Positions 1 through 9,935 of a DNA stretch of 49,223 nucleotides are shown here, in pieces; the first letter of the stretch is position 1, and each line of letters opens with the position of its first letter. The notes under the pieces are model-generated. The model saw only the letters and a list, made by a program, of their open reading frames with translations, ran no database searches and had not been told where the DNA came from. This DNA comes from Candidatus Limnocylindria bacterium (GTDB taxonomy: Bacteria; Chloroflexota; Limnocylindria; QHBO01): the NCBI GenBank assembly GCA_051000335.1, contig JBPCOK010000107.1, positions 1-49,223 on the forward strand, read 5' to 3'. Position numbers and translations under genes: made by a program.

Positions 1-962
<962 letters not shown>

Positions 963-1061
963 GGCGGGATTCGGGTGCATCGGCGCACCGCGTGACCCCC
1001 ATCGGGCCTGATCGAATGCTAGGGTTGCGCGACCGTAGTCCGTTCCGGAACGTGCTGTCCG

Positions 1062-1691
1062 ATGCGTGAACGATCCATGGAGACGACGCTGCGAGCGACG
1101 CTTGCCGACGTCGACATCGTCCGGCGGGCGCTCATCACCAGCCCGGCTCCGGGCCCGACCGTGGATGAGCTCGCCATCGCCGCGACGTCCGGAGACGTCG
1201 AAGCCGTCGGCCGCCTCTACGACGCCCTGTTCGACCCGATCTACCGCTATGTCGCCGTTCGCGTCCGGCATCGCGAGGATGCGCAGGACGTGACGCAGCT
1301 GGTCTTCGAGCGCATCGTGGCGGCGCTGCCCAGGTACCGGCACCAGGGCCGTCCGTTTGCGGCGTGGGCGTACCGCATCGCCCGGAACGCGGTCATCGAT
1401 CACCAGCGACGGTTGCGACCCACCGAGCCTCTCGGCTCCGTGGCAGAGCCCAGCGACGGCCCCGGCCTCGAGGCCATCTCGCTGCGGGATGAGGAGGTTC
1501 GCGAGCTGCGGGCGGCCATCCGGCGCCTCACGCCCGACCAGCAGGAGGCGATCGCGCTTCGGTATGCCGCCGGCCTCACCGCCGAGGAAGCGGCGACGGT
1601 CATGGGCCGACGCGCTGGCACGATTCGAGGGCTGACATTCCGGGCGATCGAGTCACTGCGCCGGCACCTCGCCGAGGGAGCGGGCCGATGA
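1062..1691 (+). CDS. ECF-type RNA polymerase sigma-70 family factor
   Basis: Region 2 is present (LYDALFDPIYRYVAVRV..AQDVTQLVFERI..ARNAVIDHQRR). Region 4 HTH is present (LTPDQQEAIALRYAAGLTAEEAATVMGRRAGTIRGLTFRA). The exact start codon is uncertain. Confidence 0.85.
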   Translation: MRERSMETTLRATLADVDIVRRALITSPAPGPTVDELAIAATSGDVEAVGRLYDALFDPIYRYVAVRVRHREDAQDVTQLVFERIVAALPRYRHQGRPFAAWAYRIARNAVIDHQRRLRPTEPLGSVAEPSDGPGLEAISLRDEEVRELRAAIRRLTPDQQEAIALRYAAGLTAEEAATVMGRRAGTIRGLTFRAIESLRRHLAEGAGR

Positions 1692-2587
1692 GCCTCTTCT
1701 CCCGGCACCTGCGGTCGCGCATGGACGGCGCCGATGACGCGGTGGAGCGATATCTGGCCGGCCTCGAATCCCGGATCGTGGCCGATCCGCTCTTTCGTCG
1801 GCGTCTCCGTTCGGACTCGATCAACCGATTCGTCATGGCGCGGGAGCAGCTCCCGCACGAGAGTCAAGGCCATGCGCGCCGGCACATGGGCAGGCTCGGT
1901 CGTGCCTGTCTCTACGCCAGCGTGACCCTCGCAACGACGGCGGCTGGCGTGCTCGGGGCGTCCGAGCAGGCGCTGCCGGGGGACGCCCTGTACGGCGTGA
2001 AGCTGCGGATCGAGGAGCTTCGTTTCGATATCGTGCCGGCCGAGCTCCACGCCGTCCTCGCGGCCGACGTCATCGCCCAGCGGATCGACGAGATGGCGCG
2101 CCTCATCGGATCAGGCCGGTCAGCCGAGGCGCGGGCCATGGCGCCGGTCATCGCGTCGGACATCGACGAGCTCGTCTCGCTGGAGGCTGCCGGCGGAGCG
2201 GCGGCTGAGGCTCGGATCGAGGCGAATCTCGTCGTGCTGGAACGCATGATCGAGGATCTCCCGATCTCGGCCGACTCGGCGGTCCGGGAAGCATGGGACC
2301 GCGTCCCCGGTACGCCATCAGGCCCGAACGGCCCGCGGGCCAGCGGTGGGCCTGCTGGCGCCGGTCCCGGCGGCCCCGCCGATCCCGCGGCGTCACCCGC
2401 CGGAACATCGAGGCCGAAGCCAACGGTGAGGCCGAAGCCGACTCCGGCTCAGGGTTCGGCCCAGCCTGCGTCACCGGCCACCGAGCCGTCGCATCCGGGG
2501 CCGGGCGACGGCGGTGGGTCCGAGGACCGCGGGGCGTCGCCCGTCAGGACGGCTCGACCGTCACCCGGAGCGAAGAACGCTCCATAA
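1688..2587 (+). CDS. Putative anti-sigma factor / DUF5667-like membrane protein
   Basis: Its start overlaps the sigma stop codon (ATGA, 4 nt). It has one hydrophobic span (ACLYASVTLATTAAGVLGA) and then a helical LPGDALYGVKLRIEELR-type domain. The tail is Pro/Ala/Gly-rich. Confidence 0.6.
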   Translation: MSLFSRHLRSRMDGADDAVERYLAGLESRIVADPLFRRRLRSDSINRFVMAREQLPHESQGHARRHMGRLGRACLYASVTLATTAAGVLGASEQALPGDALYGVKLRIEELRFDIVPAELHAVLAADVIAQRIDEMARLIGSGRSAEARAMAPVIASDIDELVSLEAAGGAAAEARIEANLVVLERMIEDLPISADSAVREAWDRVPGTPSGPNGPRASGGPAGAGPGGPADPAASPAGTSRPKPTVRPKPTPAQGSAQPASPATEPSHPGPGDGGGSEDRGASPVRTARPSPGAKNAP

Positions 2588-2610
2588 GGCACCGGCGTCC
2601 GGACACCAGA

Positions 2611-2642
2611 GAACGGGGTAGAGGCGAACCCCTACCCCGTTC
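2611..2642. terminator. Hairpin between convergent genes (candidate bidirectional terminator)
   Basis: GAACGGGGTAGAGG-cgaa-CCCCTACCCCGTTC forms a 14-bp stem with one mismatch. It lies between the anti-sigma stop (2587) and the minus-strand surface-protein stop (2732). There is no clear U-tract. Confidence 0.45.
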
Positions 2643-2731
2643 CTGCCAGGGGGCTGGATGAATCCGGACTCGGTCCGGCCGGCCTCAGCAGTCCGAGGCT
2701 CCGGCCGAACCGAGATCCGTGATCGGTTCCG

Positions 2732-3832
2732 CTAGCGGCGTGACCGGACTTCGACCACCTGAGCACCACCCAGGACACCCAGGGACAGGAGCGCGAGGAG
2801 CGCGACCAGCGTGCTCGTCGTGGATCCAGAACCCGCTGTCAGAGCGGTGTCGGGGAGCGCGCCGGGCGTCGGGGTTGGATTCCCGCCCTCTTCGCCTTCG
2901 CGCGGCGTCGTCGTCGGCGCAGGGGTCGGGGTTGGATTCCCGCCCTCTTCGCCTTCGCTCGGCGTCGCGGTCGGCGTCGGGGTTGCGCTGGGGGTCGGGG
3001 TCGGCGTCTCGCCGCCCTCATCAGCCAGCTTGTTCACGAACACTGCGTCCGGGCTGTTGCAATCACCGTCGTCGTCGACTTCGACGAGCTGAGACGCCTC
3101 GCCGGCGATCTCATAGCCCTCGGGGGCCTGGATCTCCGTGACCAGCCAATGGCTGTCGTTCGGCAGACCGGTGATGCAGAAGAAACCGCGCGCGTTGGTC
3201 GTGAACGTTCCCGACATGCCTTCGACGGTGAACACCGCGCCTGGCAGCCGATTGCCCTGCTCATCGAGCTTCCGGATGTTCAGCGCCGCATTGTCGCCTT
3301 CCGGACGTGGGGTCTTGGTCGGCTTCGGGGTCGGCGTGGCCGTCGGCGTCGGGGTGGGAGTTGCCTCACCCTCGTCCTCGCCGCACGTGACCCAGAAGAC
3401 CTTGTGCTTGATGTTCAGCTGCTCGCCCGGATTCGTGGCCCCTTCCCAGAACAGCTTGTAGTGGCCATCGGGGAGGGAGTACGTGCCGGTCTCCGGCTGG
3501 CGATCCTCGCCACCGGTCGCATCGTACGAGCCGGCCAGGACTACCGTGCCATCGCCGGTCGGAGGCCACGACTTGATCCACCAGTCGCCCGACTGGACAT
3601 CGTCGCCGAAGAAGAAGTGCAGGTGGAACGTGCACACCTGAGGCTCATTGGCGACGATCGGCTCGTCTTCGCTTGCCCCTTCATGAATCTTGACCGTCCC
3701 GTTGTTGCCGGCCGGATCGGGCTGTGTGGCAAGCACGGGCGCTGCGACCAGATAGACACTCGACAGAAGCAGCGTGATCGAGCTGGCCAATACCAGCAAC
3801 CGCGATCCCTTGCTCCGCCCATTCACTCTCAC
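2732..3832 (-). CDS. Secreted cell-surface protein with a SpaA/Cna-B-like prealbumin-fold domain and an LPDTA-type C-terminal sorting signal
   Basis: - The maximal ORF is 2732..3925. I place the start at GTG 3832, preceded by GGAAGGA; the upstream 90 nt are AT-richer and look non-coding.
- It has a signal-like segment (SRLLVLASSITLLLSSVYLVAAPVLA).
- It has a domain LNIRKLDEQGNRLPGAVFTVEG..ITGLP..WLVTEIQAPEGYE.
- It has PT-rich linkers.
- The C-terminus is LPDTA, a hydrophobic stretch, then RSRR. Confidence 0.7.
   Translation of the reverse strand: MRVNGRSKGSRLLVLASSITLLLSSVYLVAAPVLATQPDPAGNNGTVKIHEGASEDEPIVANEPQVCTFHLHFFFGDDVQSGDWWIKSWPPTGDGTVVLAGSYDATGGEDRQPETGTYSLPDGHYKLFWEGATNPGEQLNIKHKVFWVTCGEDEGEATPTPTPTATPTPKPTKTPRPEGDNAALNIRKLDEQGNRLPGAVFTVEGMSGTFTTNARGFFCITGLPNDSHWLVTEIQAPEGYEIAGEASQLVEVDDDGDCNSPDAVFVNKLADEGGETPTPTPSATPTPTATPSEGEEGGNPTPTPAPTTTPREGEEGGNPTPTPGALPDTALTAGSGSTTSTLVALLALLSLGVLGGAQVVEVRSRR
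2868..2958 (-). repeat. In-frame tandem repeat (57-nt period, two copies) inside the surface-protein gene
   Basis: The 34-nt core GTCGGGGTTGGATTCCCGCCCTCTTCGCCTTCGC occurs identically at 2868..2901 and 2925..2958. It encodes (S/R)EGEEGGNPTPTP twice. Confidence 0.9.
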
Positions 3833-4064
3833 GATGAGTCCATTCCTTCCCTGGATGATCTCCAGCTTCCCCTGATGCAGAACGCCGGACAACGAAAAAT
3901 GAGTCCTTGAGCGTATCGCCGCCACAGCATAGGAAGGGGTCTGGGACTTTGGTACCCCGGCCCCCGTGCGGTGCTGAGGGGTCTGCGTCAGTCCGGTTCG
4001 GAACGGTAATCGCGAATCCGGTGCATCCGCGCACCGCGGGTCCTAGGACGAAGGGGGCAGGCCC

Positions 4065-4718
4065 TCAGGATCGGCGACGCCGGGTGCGTGCGTCGAGTGC
4101 TCCAAGCACGGCGAGCGACGCGGTGATCACTACCAGGAGCGCAGTCGGCACCGACGAAATCGGCGCCTCGTCTGTGGCCGTATCGGGCAGCAACAGCCCG
4201 GGCGTGGGAGTCGGGTTCCCGCCGAGCGTGTCATCCCGAGGGGGTGCCGGCGTCGCGACGGGCGCTTCCGGAGCCGCCGGGGTGGGCGTTGGCGTCGACT
4301 CCGATGCCTGGCTCCGGCCATTCACGAAGACGGCATCCGGACTGTTGCAATCGCCGTCGTCGTCAACCTCCACGGCCTGCGAGCTGGGCTGCGCGAGCTC
4401 GTAGCCGGCAGGGGCCTCGACCTGCGTGACGGTCCAGACCGAGTCAGCCGGCAGTCCGGTGATGCAGAAATGGCCGAATGACCCAGAGATGAACGTTCCA
4501 TCCATGCCGTCGACCGTATACGTCGCGCCGGGGAGCCGGGCTCCCTGGTCATCCAGGGTGCGGATGTTGAGCGCTGCCGGCCCGGTCTCCATGGCTGCCG
4601 TGCGGGAGGCCAGGACGGCGCTCATGCCCACGGCGAGCGCGAGGGACGTTCCTGCCACGATCAAGAGCCACGACCGCGCGGGATCGATTCGGCCGACGTA
4701 AGAATGATTCCGCGCCAT
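4065..4718 (-). CDS. Secreted cell-surface protein, shorter paralog of 2732..3832 (SpaA/Cna-B-like domain, LPDTA sorting signal)
   Basis: - The maximal ORF is 4065..4781. I place the start at ATG 4718 (MARNHSYVGRIDPARSWLLIVAGTSLALAVG..).
- LNIRTLDDQGARLPGATYTVDG..ITGLP..WTVTQVEAPAGYE and VEVDDDGDCNSPDAVFVN match the neighbouring gene almost exactly.
- The C-terminus is GGNPTPTPGLLLPDTA, a hydrophobic stretch, then RTRRRRS. Confidence 0.75.
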   Translation of the reverse strand: MARNHSYVGRIDPARSWLLIVAGTSLALAVGMSAVLASRTAAMETGPAALNIRTLDDQGARLPGATYTVDGMDGTFISGSFGHFCITGLPADSVWTVTQVEAPAGYELAQPSSQAVEVDDDGDCNSPDAVFVNGRSQASESTPTPTPAAPEAPVATPAPPRDDTLGGNPTPTPGLLLPDTATDEAPISSVPTALLVVITASLAVLGALDARTRRRRS

Positions 4719-4826
4719 GTCCTGCCCTCTTCTGCGTGCCGGGCGAATCAGCGCTTCGCGTACCTGTCCCACAGCGGTCACAGTATACGGCGCCGATGCC
4801 CCATCGGTACCATCGGTAGGGGGGAC

Positions 4827-5468
4827 TCAGCTCGTTCGGCCGCGAGCCTCGAGCACCACGACCTGGGTCTCGTCCGGCAGCGAGTTCGGGGTGAACTGTG
4901 CCTTCGGCTGCCGGATCGGCTCAGTAGCCATCTCATGGAGAAAGCGCTCGGGCCCGCCGAGATCCTTCGACGCCCCGTCGACGCCGAAATGCATGGGGAT
5001 CACGATCTTCGGGCCGATCTGGGACACCACCTCCGCGGCCTCGGATGGCGTCAGCGTCGTCTCGCCACCGACGGGCACCAGCAGGACGTCGACCGGGCCG
5101 AGCTCGCTGACCTGCTCATCGGTCAGGAGGTGGCCGAGGTCGCCCAGGTGGCAGACGTGAACGCCATCGATCTCGACGGCGAAGATCATGTTCTCGCCCC
5201 GTGCTGCACCGGCCTCGCCGTCGTGATAGGTCCGCACGCCGGTCACGAGGAGCTCGCTGAACTCGTACTCGCCGGGTCGGGTCAGGGTCAGGCCGGCCTT
5301 GATCGATCGGGTGTAGGTGTGGTCCGGGTGATCGTGGCTGATCGTCAGCAGCTCGACGTCGTGCTTGCCTGCCACGAAGCCGGTGGAGGGAGGGCAGGGG
5401 TCGGTGATGACGGTGGCGTCCTTCCCCTTAAGGCGGAAGCAGGCACGTCCGTACCAGGTGATTTCCAT
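4827..5468 (-). CDS. Metal-dependent hydrolase, MBL fold (UPF0173 family)
   Basis: MEITWYGRACFRLKGKDATVITDP.., TISHDHPDH and HLGDLGH motifs are present. The true start is ATG 5468; the 415-aa track ORF (to 6074) is an upstream extension that runs over the divergent neighbour. Confidence 0.85.
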   Translation of the reverse strand: MEITWYGRACFRLKGKDATVITDPCPPSTGFVAGKHDVELLTISHDHPDHTYTRSIKAGLTLTRPGEYEFSELLVTGVRTYHDGEAGAARGENMIFAVEIDGVHVCHLGDLGHLLTDEQVSELGPVDVLLVPVGGETTLTPSEAAEVVSQIGPKIVIPMHFGVDGASKDLGGPERFLHEMATEPIRQPKAQFTPNSLPDETQVVVLEARGRTS

Positions 5469-5637
5469 CGGTGCGCCGATGGTAACGGATCGGGAGATAG
5501 CACGAGCCCCGGTGCCCGCCCAATGACACCGGGGCTCGAAGGAGGGAGGGTGGAGGTAGAAATCCTTGGATCTCCAACTCGCACGATGAACACTACGAGG
5601 CACATCTAAATCGGGGGCTTGCCCAACCTTAAGAAAC

Positions 5638-6999
5638 GTGAACGTTGGCGGTGTGAGCGGCATGCGTAGAATGGCGCGGATGTCCAAGACTCCCGGATCC
5701 CTGGCCGCGGCCACGGTGGCCGTACTCGTCGTGATCGCGGTTGCCGTGCTCGCGCTTCGCGCCGGAGGAGCGGGCATCGCCCAGGGTCCGCTCGCCAGCG
5801 TCACTCCATCCTCGTCGCCCGCGGCATCAGCCGCGCCGACACCCACGGAGTCGGACGCCGACCCGTCACCGTCCCAGCTTGACGAGACGGAGACGCTCGC
5901 CATCCTGGCCGAGATCGAGCACCAGGTCATTGCCATCCGCGGCCTGCCCGCGGCGGAGATCGGCCCCGCGCAGATCATCAGTCGCGACGAGCTCGGCGCG
6001 GAGCTCCAGGCCATCTTCGACGAGGAGTACCCGCCGGAGGAGCGGGAACGCGACAATCGCGCGCTCCGCGCCATGGGTCTCTTGGGCCCGGACGACGACG
6101 TCGCCGAGCTGTCGCTCGAGCTGCTGGGCGACCAGGTGCTCGGCTTCTACGACGATGTCGAGCAGAGGATGGTCGTCGTCTCGGACGCCGGGCTCAACGT
6201 CGAGGCCCGGATCACCTACGCGCACGAGTACACACACGCCCTGCAGGACGCCGCCTTCGGCCTTGATTCGCTGGAGACCGATGCAGCGGGCCAGGATGAC
6301 CGCGGGCTGGCACGGACCGCTCTGATCGAGGGGGACGCCACTGTCACGATGCTGGCCTGGATGCTCCAGAACCTGAGCCAGCAGGAGATCCTCGAGTACG
6401 TCGCGGGCGCCGAGATTCCGGATACCACCGGCATCCCGTCGTGGATGGTCGCCCAGCTCGCGTTTCCGTACGAGTCCGGACTGACGTGGACCACCAGCCT
6501 GGCGGGCGGGGATCCGACCCAGCCGGAGTTCGGCGAGATCGATGCGGCGTACGACGACCCGCCCGACAGCACGGAGCAGGTGATCGACATCGACAAGTGG
6601 GAGCCCCGTGAGGCGCCGGACCCGATCGGGACGACGGACCTGGCCGCTGCTCTCGGCGATGGATGGGAGGAGGTCGAATCGACCCCGATCGGCCAGGCGA
6701 CGATCGAGATCATGCTGAGCTACTTCGGTGCGTCAGCGACCGATGCCCGCGAGGCGGCCGCCGGATGGGGTGGCGACCGCGCGGTGATCGCGAGCGGACC
6801 CGATGACGGGTTCGCCATGGCATGGCGGCTCTCCTGGGACTCGGCCTCGGACGCCGACGAATTCGTCGCTGCCTACGAGTCGGTGATCGGGACGCTCGAT
6901 TTCCCCGCGCAGGTCGTCCAGCTCGATGGCGGTGACGTGCTGGTCGCCCACGCGTCGTCCGGCGAGCTGCTGGCGCAGACGGTGGACGCCGCGAGCTGA
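5638..6999 (+). CDS. Membrane-anchored or secreted putative zinc metalloprotease (HExxH)
   Basis: It has an N-terminal hydrophobic anchor (SLAAATVAVLVVIAVAVLAL) and then a Ser/Pro/Ala linker. YAHEYTHALQD carries HExxH, followed by LIEGDATV. Several start codons are possible between 5638 and 5680. Confidence 0.6.
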   Translation: MNVGGVSGMRRMARMSKTPGSLAAATVAVLVVIAVAVLALRAGGAGIAQGPLASVTPSSSPAASAAPTPTESDADPSPSQLDETETLAILAEIEHQVIAIRGLPAAEIGPAQIISRDELGAELQAIFDEEYPPEERERDNRALRAMGLLGPDDDVAELSLELLGDQVLGFYDDVEQRMVVVSDAGLNVEARITYAHEYTHALQDAAFGLDSLETDAAGQDDRGLARTALIEGDATVTMLAWMLQNLSQQEILEYVAGAEIPDTTGIPSWMVAQLAFPYESGLTWTTSLAGGDPTQPEFGEIDAAYDDPPDSTEQVIDIDKWEPREAPDPIGTTDLAAALGDGWEEVESTPIGQATIEIMLSYFGASATDAREAAAGWGGDRAVIASGPDDGFAMAWRLSWDSASDADEFVAAYESVIGTLDFPAQVVQLDGGDVLVAHASSGELLAQTVDAAS

Positions 7000-7000
7000 C

Positions 7001-8653
7001 CTACATCGTCTCCGGGGCGGAGATGCCCAGGAGGTCCAGGCCGTTGGCCAGCACCGATCGCGTCGCGTCGACCAGCGCAAGCCGGGCCGATGACATAGCC
7101 GCATCCTCGGTGAGGACCTTGCAATCCCGGTAGAAGGCGGAGAACGCGCTGGCCAGCTCATAGCAATAGCGTGGCACCTCGTGCGTCTCGCGGCGCTCGG
7201 CCGCGGTTGCCAGCGCATCGGGGAAGTCGAGGAGGTGCCGGACGAGCTCCTGCTCGGCGGGGTGGAGGAGGAGGGTCCCCGCCTCGGCGGCATCGGGCCG
7301 AAGGCCGGTGTCCTGCCCGTGGCGCAGGATCGACGAGGCTCGGGCATGCGCGTACTGCACGTAGTACACCGGATTCTCGTTGCTCTGCTTCTTCGCGAGC
7401 TCGAGGTCGAAGTCGATGCCAGTCGTGTAGGCGCGCGAGCTGAAGAACCAGCGAGCCGCGTCCACACCGACCTCGTCCAGCACCTCGTCGAGGGTGATGA
7501 ACTCGCCGGAACGCTTGCTCATCGGGATCTCCACGCCGTCGCGGACGAAGCGCACCCACGCGATCAACAGCATCCGGACCGCCTCGCGATCGTGACCCAT
7601 GGCCTGGGCGGCGTTGCGGACTCGAGCCACCGTCCCGTGGTGATCGGCGCCCCAGACGTAGATGAGCTCGTCGAATCCCCTGCTCAGCTTCTCCGTCACG
7701 TAGCCGATGTCGGACGCGAAATACGTGGAGAGGCCGTTGGACCGGTAGATGACGCGGTCCTTGTCGTCGCCGAACTCGGTCGAGCGAAACCATGTCGCGC
7801 CGTCGGCGTCGTAGACGTGGCCGGCGTTCCTCAGCTCGTCGACGGCGCGCGCAACCCAGCCGCCGTCGTGCAGTGAGCTCTCCTCCTTCCACGCGTCGAA
7901 GCGAACGCCGAGCCGCGCCAGGCTGGCCTCGATCCCGGCGCGCACGCGCTCGGTGGCCCAGGCGCCGACGATGCGACCCGCGTCGTCCGGGTCGCCATCG
8001 GCCCGGGCCATGAGCTCGGACGGAATGGCCTCGGCCAGCTCCTGCACGTAGGCACCGTGGTACCCGTCGGGCGGCAGCTCGCTTCCGGTGCGGCGCGCCA
8101 GCACGGACAAGCCGAGATTCACGACCTGCGCGCCGAAGTCGTTGAAGTAGTACTCCCGCCCGACGTCATGGCCGACGGCGCCCAGCACGCGGCTCAGCAC
8201 GTCGCCGACGAAGGCACCGCGCGCGTTCCCGACATGGAGCGGGCCCGTAGGGTTGGCACTGACGAACTCGACGTTGATGCGCTGGGGCGTGGCCGCGGTC
8301 CCTAGACCGAAGTCGCGACCGGCGTCACGGATCGGGCCGACCTGTGCGGCGACCCATCCCGGGTCGAGGCGGATGTTCAGGAATCCTGGCGGTGCCACCG
8401 AGACGTCGGCGACCGCGGGCGGGGCACGGAACGAGTTGGCGATCGCCTCGGCAATCCGCATCGGCGCGGCGCGCGCGACGGGCGCGAGCTGCATGGCAAC
8501 GTTGCTCGCCCAGTCACCGTGCTCCGGCTTGGCGGGACGTTCGAGACCGATGTCTGGGAGTGGCGTGCCATCGGCAACGGTTAGGAGGCCGGCGCTCATG
8601 GCGCGGTCGCGCGCCTCGGCGATGGCGACGGCGAGATCGTTGCGGAGGCTCAT
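7001..8653 (-). CDS. argS: Arginine--tRNA ligase
   Basis: Full-length 550 aa. It has SANPTGPLHVGNARG (HIGH-type) and MSKRSG (KMSKS-type) motifs, and the typical C-terminal anticodon-binding domain ending in M. Confidence 0.95.
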   Translation of the reverse strand: MSLRNDLAVAIAEARDRAMSAGLLTVADGTPLPDIGLERPAKPEHGDWASNVAMQLAPVARAAPMRIAEAIANSFRAPPAVADVSVAPPGFLNIRLDPGWVAAQVGPIRDAGRDFGLGTAATPQRINVEFVSANPTGPLHVGNARGAFVGDVLSRVLGAVGHDVGREYYFNDFGAQVVNLGLSVLARRTGSELPPDGYHGAYVQELAEAIPSELMARADGDPDDAGRIVGAWATERVRAGIEASLARLGVRFDAWKEESSLHDGGWVARAVDELRNAGHVYDADGATWFRSTEFGDDKDRVIYRSNGLSTYFASDIGYVTEKLSRGFDELIYVWGADHHGTVARVRNAAQAMGHDREAVRMLLIAWVRFVRDGVEIPMSKRSGEFITLDEVLDEVGVDAARWFFSSRAYTTGIDFDLELAKKQSNENPVYYVQYAHARASSILRHGQDTGLRPDAAEAGTLLLHPAEQELVRHLLDFPDALATAAERRETHEVPRYCYELASAFSAFYRDCKVLTEDAAMSSARLALVDATRSVLANGLDLLGISAPETM

Positions 8654-8693
8654 GGGGCGTCGAGTCTAGCGCTTCGACCGCCGCGGCCTCGGG

Positions 8694-8861
8694 CTACGGT
8701 TGGGCGGGACCGACGACCGCGGCAGCGGTGTCCACGTCCGTGGTGGAATCCGAGTTCACGACGCCGCCGATCGCGAATGACAGGATCATCCAGGCCGCGG
8801 CGAGCGCGATCAGCACGCGATTGGGTCGGCGATGGGCAACGGTTCGGGCGGTCTGTTGCAT
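8694..8861 (-). CDS. Hypothetical small single-pass membrane protein
   Basis: MQQTARTVAHRRPNRVLIALAAAWMILSFAIGGVV.. lies between the formimidoyltransferase gene and argS on the same strand. There is no clear SD and no recognisable family. Confidence 0.25.
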   Translation of the reverse strand: MQQTARTVAHRRPNRVLIALAAAWMILSFAIGGVVNSDSTTDVDTAAAVVGPAQP

Positions 8862-8965
8862 GGGTGGTTTGGACGACTCGGCGCGAGTTTTGTTTCCCAG
8901 TCGTCCCGTCAATGCAAGCCATCTGCCAATGCCCGTCACCTGTGGTGCCTGGTGTCACCGCAGTC

Positions 8966-9880
8966 CTAGCGATCCCGGGCCAGCCGCAGCTCCAGCGCCT
9001 GGCCCGCGCTGAAGTCCATGAGGCCGAGCGCATCGGCGGCAACATCGAGCAGGGCTCCCGCCGGCGCAAGTCCGATGAGCTCGCAATGATCGATCTGCGT
9101 GCCGGCGTCACCCGCCAGGCGGCGCACCTCCCGCACGACCGCGGCGATGCCGGTGCGCTGCCAGTCGACGAGGTTGGTGCTGACCTGGGCCATTCTCGGC
9201 TGGCCGGGGTTCTCGAGCAGGACTCCCATTGCCTGCACGGCCGGCATCCCGCCCGAGCTCTCGCGAATCGCGTTGGCGATCTTGATGGCGAGGCCCAGGT
9301 CGTCGGAGCGCAGGTTGATGTTGAAGGCGATGAGCGGCTTCCGCGCGCCGACGGCCACCGCCCCGCCCCGCGGGTGAACCCGGGATGGCCCGAAGTCGGG
9401 TGCCCGATTGGGCCGGTCTCCGATCTCGTCGCGGATCGCCTCGTACTGGCCGCGACGAACCTCCGCGAGACGCCGCCGTTCGGGACGCAGGGCCGCGTCA
9501 CCGTACAGGTAGACCGGCAGGTCGAATCGACCGGCAATTTGCTCGCCGAACCGTCGGGCGAGGTCGACACACTCCTCGATGCGGGTCGTGCCGAGCGGAA
9601 CGAACGGGATGACATCCACCGCCCCGATGCGCGGATGGGCGCCGGTGTGCTGCTCCATGTCGATGAGCTCCAGCGCGCGGCCCACGGCGGCCGTCGCGGC
9701 GCGCACGACCGGCTCGGCGCTCCCGGCGAACGTGACGACGCTCCGGTTGTGCGTCTCGTCGCGCGTGTGGTCGAGCACGGTCACGCCCTCGATCGACCCG
9801 ACGGCGCGGACGATCTCGTCGACGACCTCTGCCCGCCGGCCCTCGCTGAAGTTCGGTACACACTCGATCAATCCGCGCAC
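8966..9880 (-). CDS. Glutamate formimidoyltransferase (FtcD N-terminal-type)
   Basis: It has the hallmark N-terminus LIECVPNFSEGRR. I place the start at GTG 9880; the 372-aa track ORF extends over the divergent rsmI start, which is implausible. Confidence 0.85.
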   Translation of the reverse strand: MRGLIECVPNFSEGRRAEVVDEIVRAVGSIEGVTVLDHTRDETHNRSVVTFAGSAEPVVRAATAAVGRALELIDMEQHTGAHPRIGAVDVIPFVPLGTTRIEECVDLARRFGEQIAGRFDLPVYLYGDAALRPERRRLAEVRRGQYEAIRDEIGDRPNRAPDFGPSRVHPRGGAVAVGARKPLIAFNINLRSDDLGLAIKIANAIRESSGGMPAVQAMGVLLENPGQPRMAQVSTNLVDWQRTGIAAVVREVRRLAGDAGTQIDHCELIGLAPAGALLDVAADALGLMDFSAGQALELRLARDR

Positions 9881-9935
9881 GCCCCAGATCGTAGCGGGGC
9901 CGGTCCCGCGGTGACGGGCTGGTAGGCTCGGCCTG

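Noticed and set aside
1047-1074. GGAAC..CGAT resembling an ECF-type autoregulated promoter in front of the sigma gene.
   Set aside because: The spacing between GGAAC and the nearest CGT-type -10 is either too short or too long (12 or 19 nt). The implied transcription start would fall inside the annotated ORF.
2860-3370. Repetitive GC-rich stretches (GTCGGGGT.., GTCGGCGTCGGGGT..) that could look like a repeat array or CRISPR.
   Set aside because: They lie in frame within a coding gene and encode PT-rich linkers. There are only two exact copies, no spacers of unique sequence and no cas genes.
5469-6074. N-terminal 202-aa extension of the UPF0173 hydrolase ORF. Similar extensions occur on hutU (15507..15752), the formimidoyltransferase (9881..10084), dinB (25464..25544), purE (47793..47984) and DUF1003 (48931..49215).
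   Set aside because: The extensions are low-complexity and overlap neighbouring or divergent genes. The conserved family N-termini begin at internal start codons, several of them with good SD sequences.
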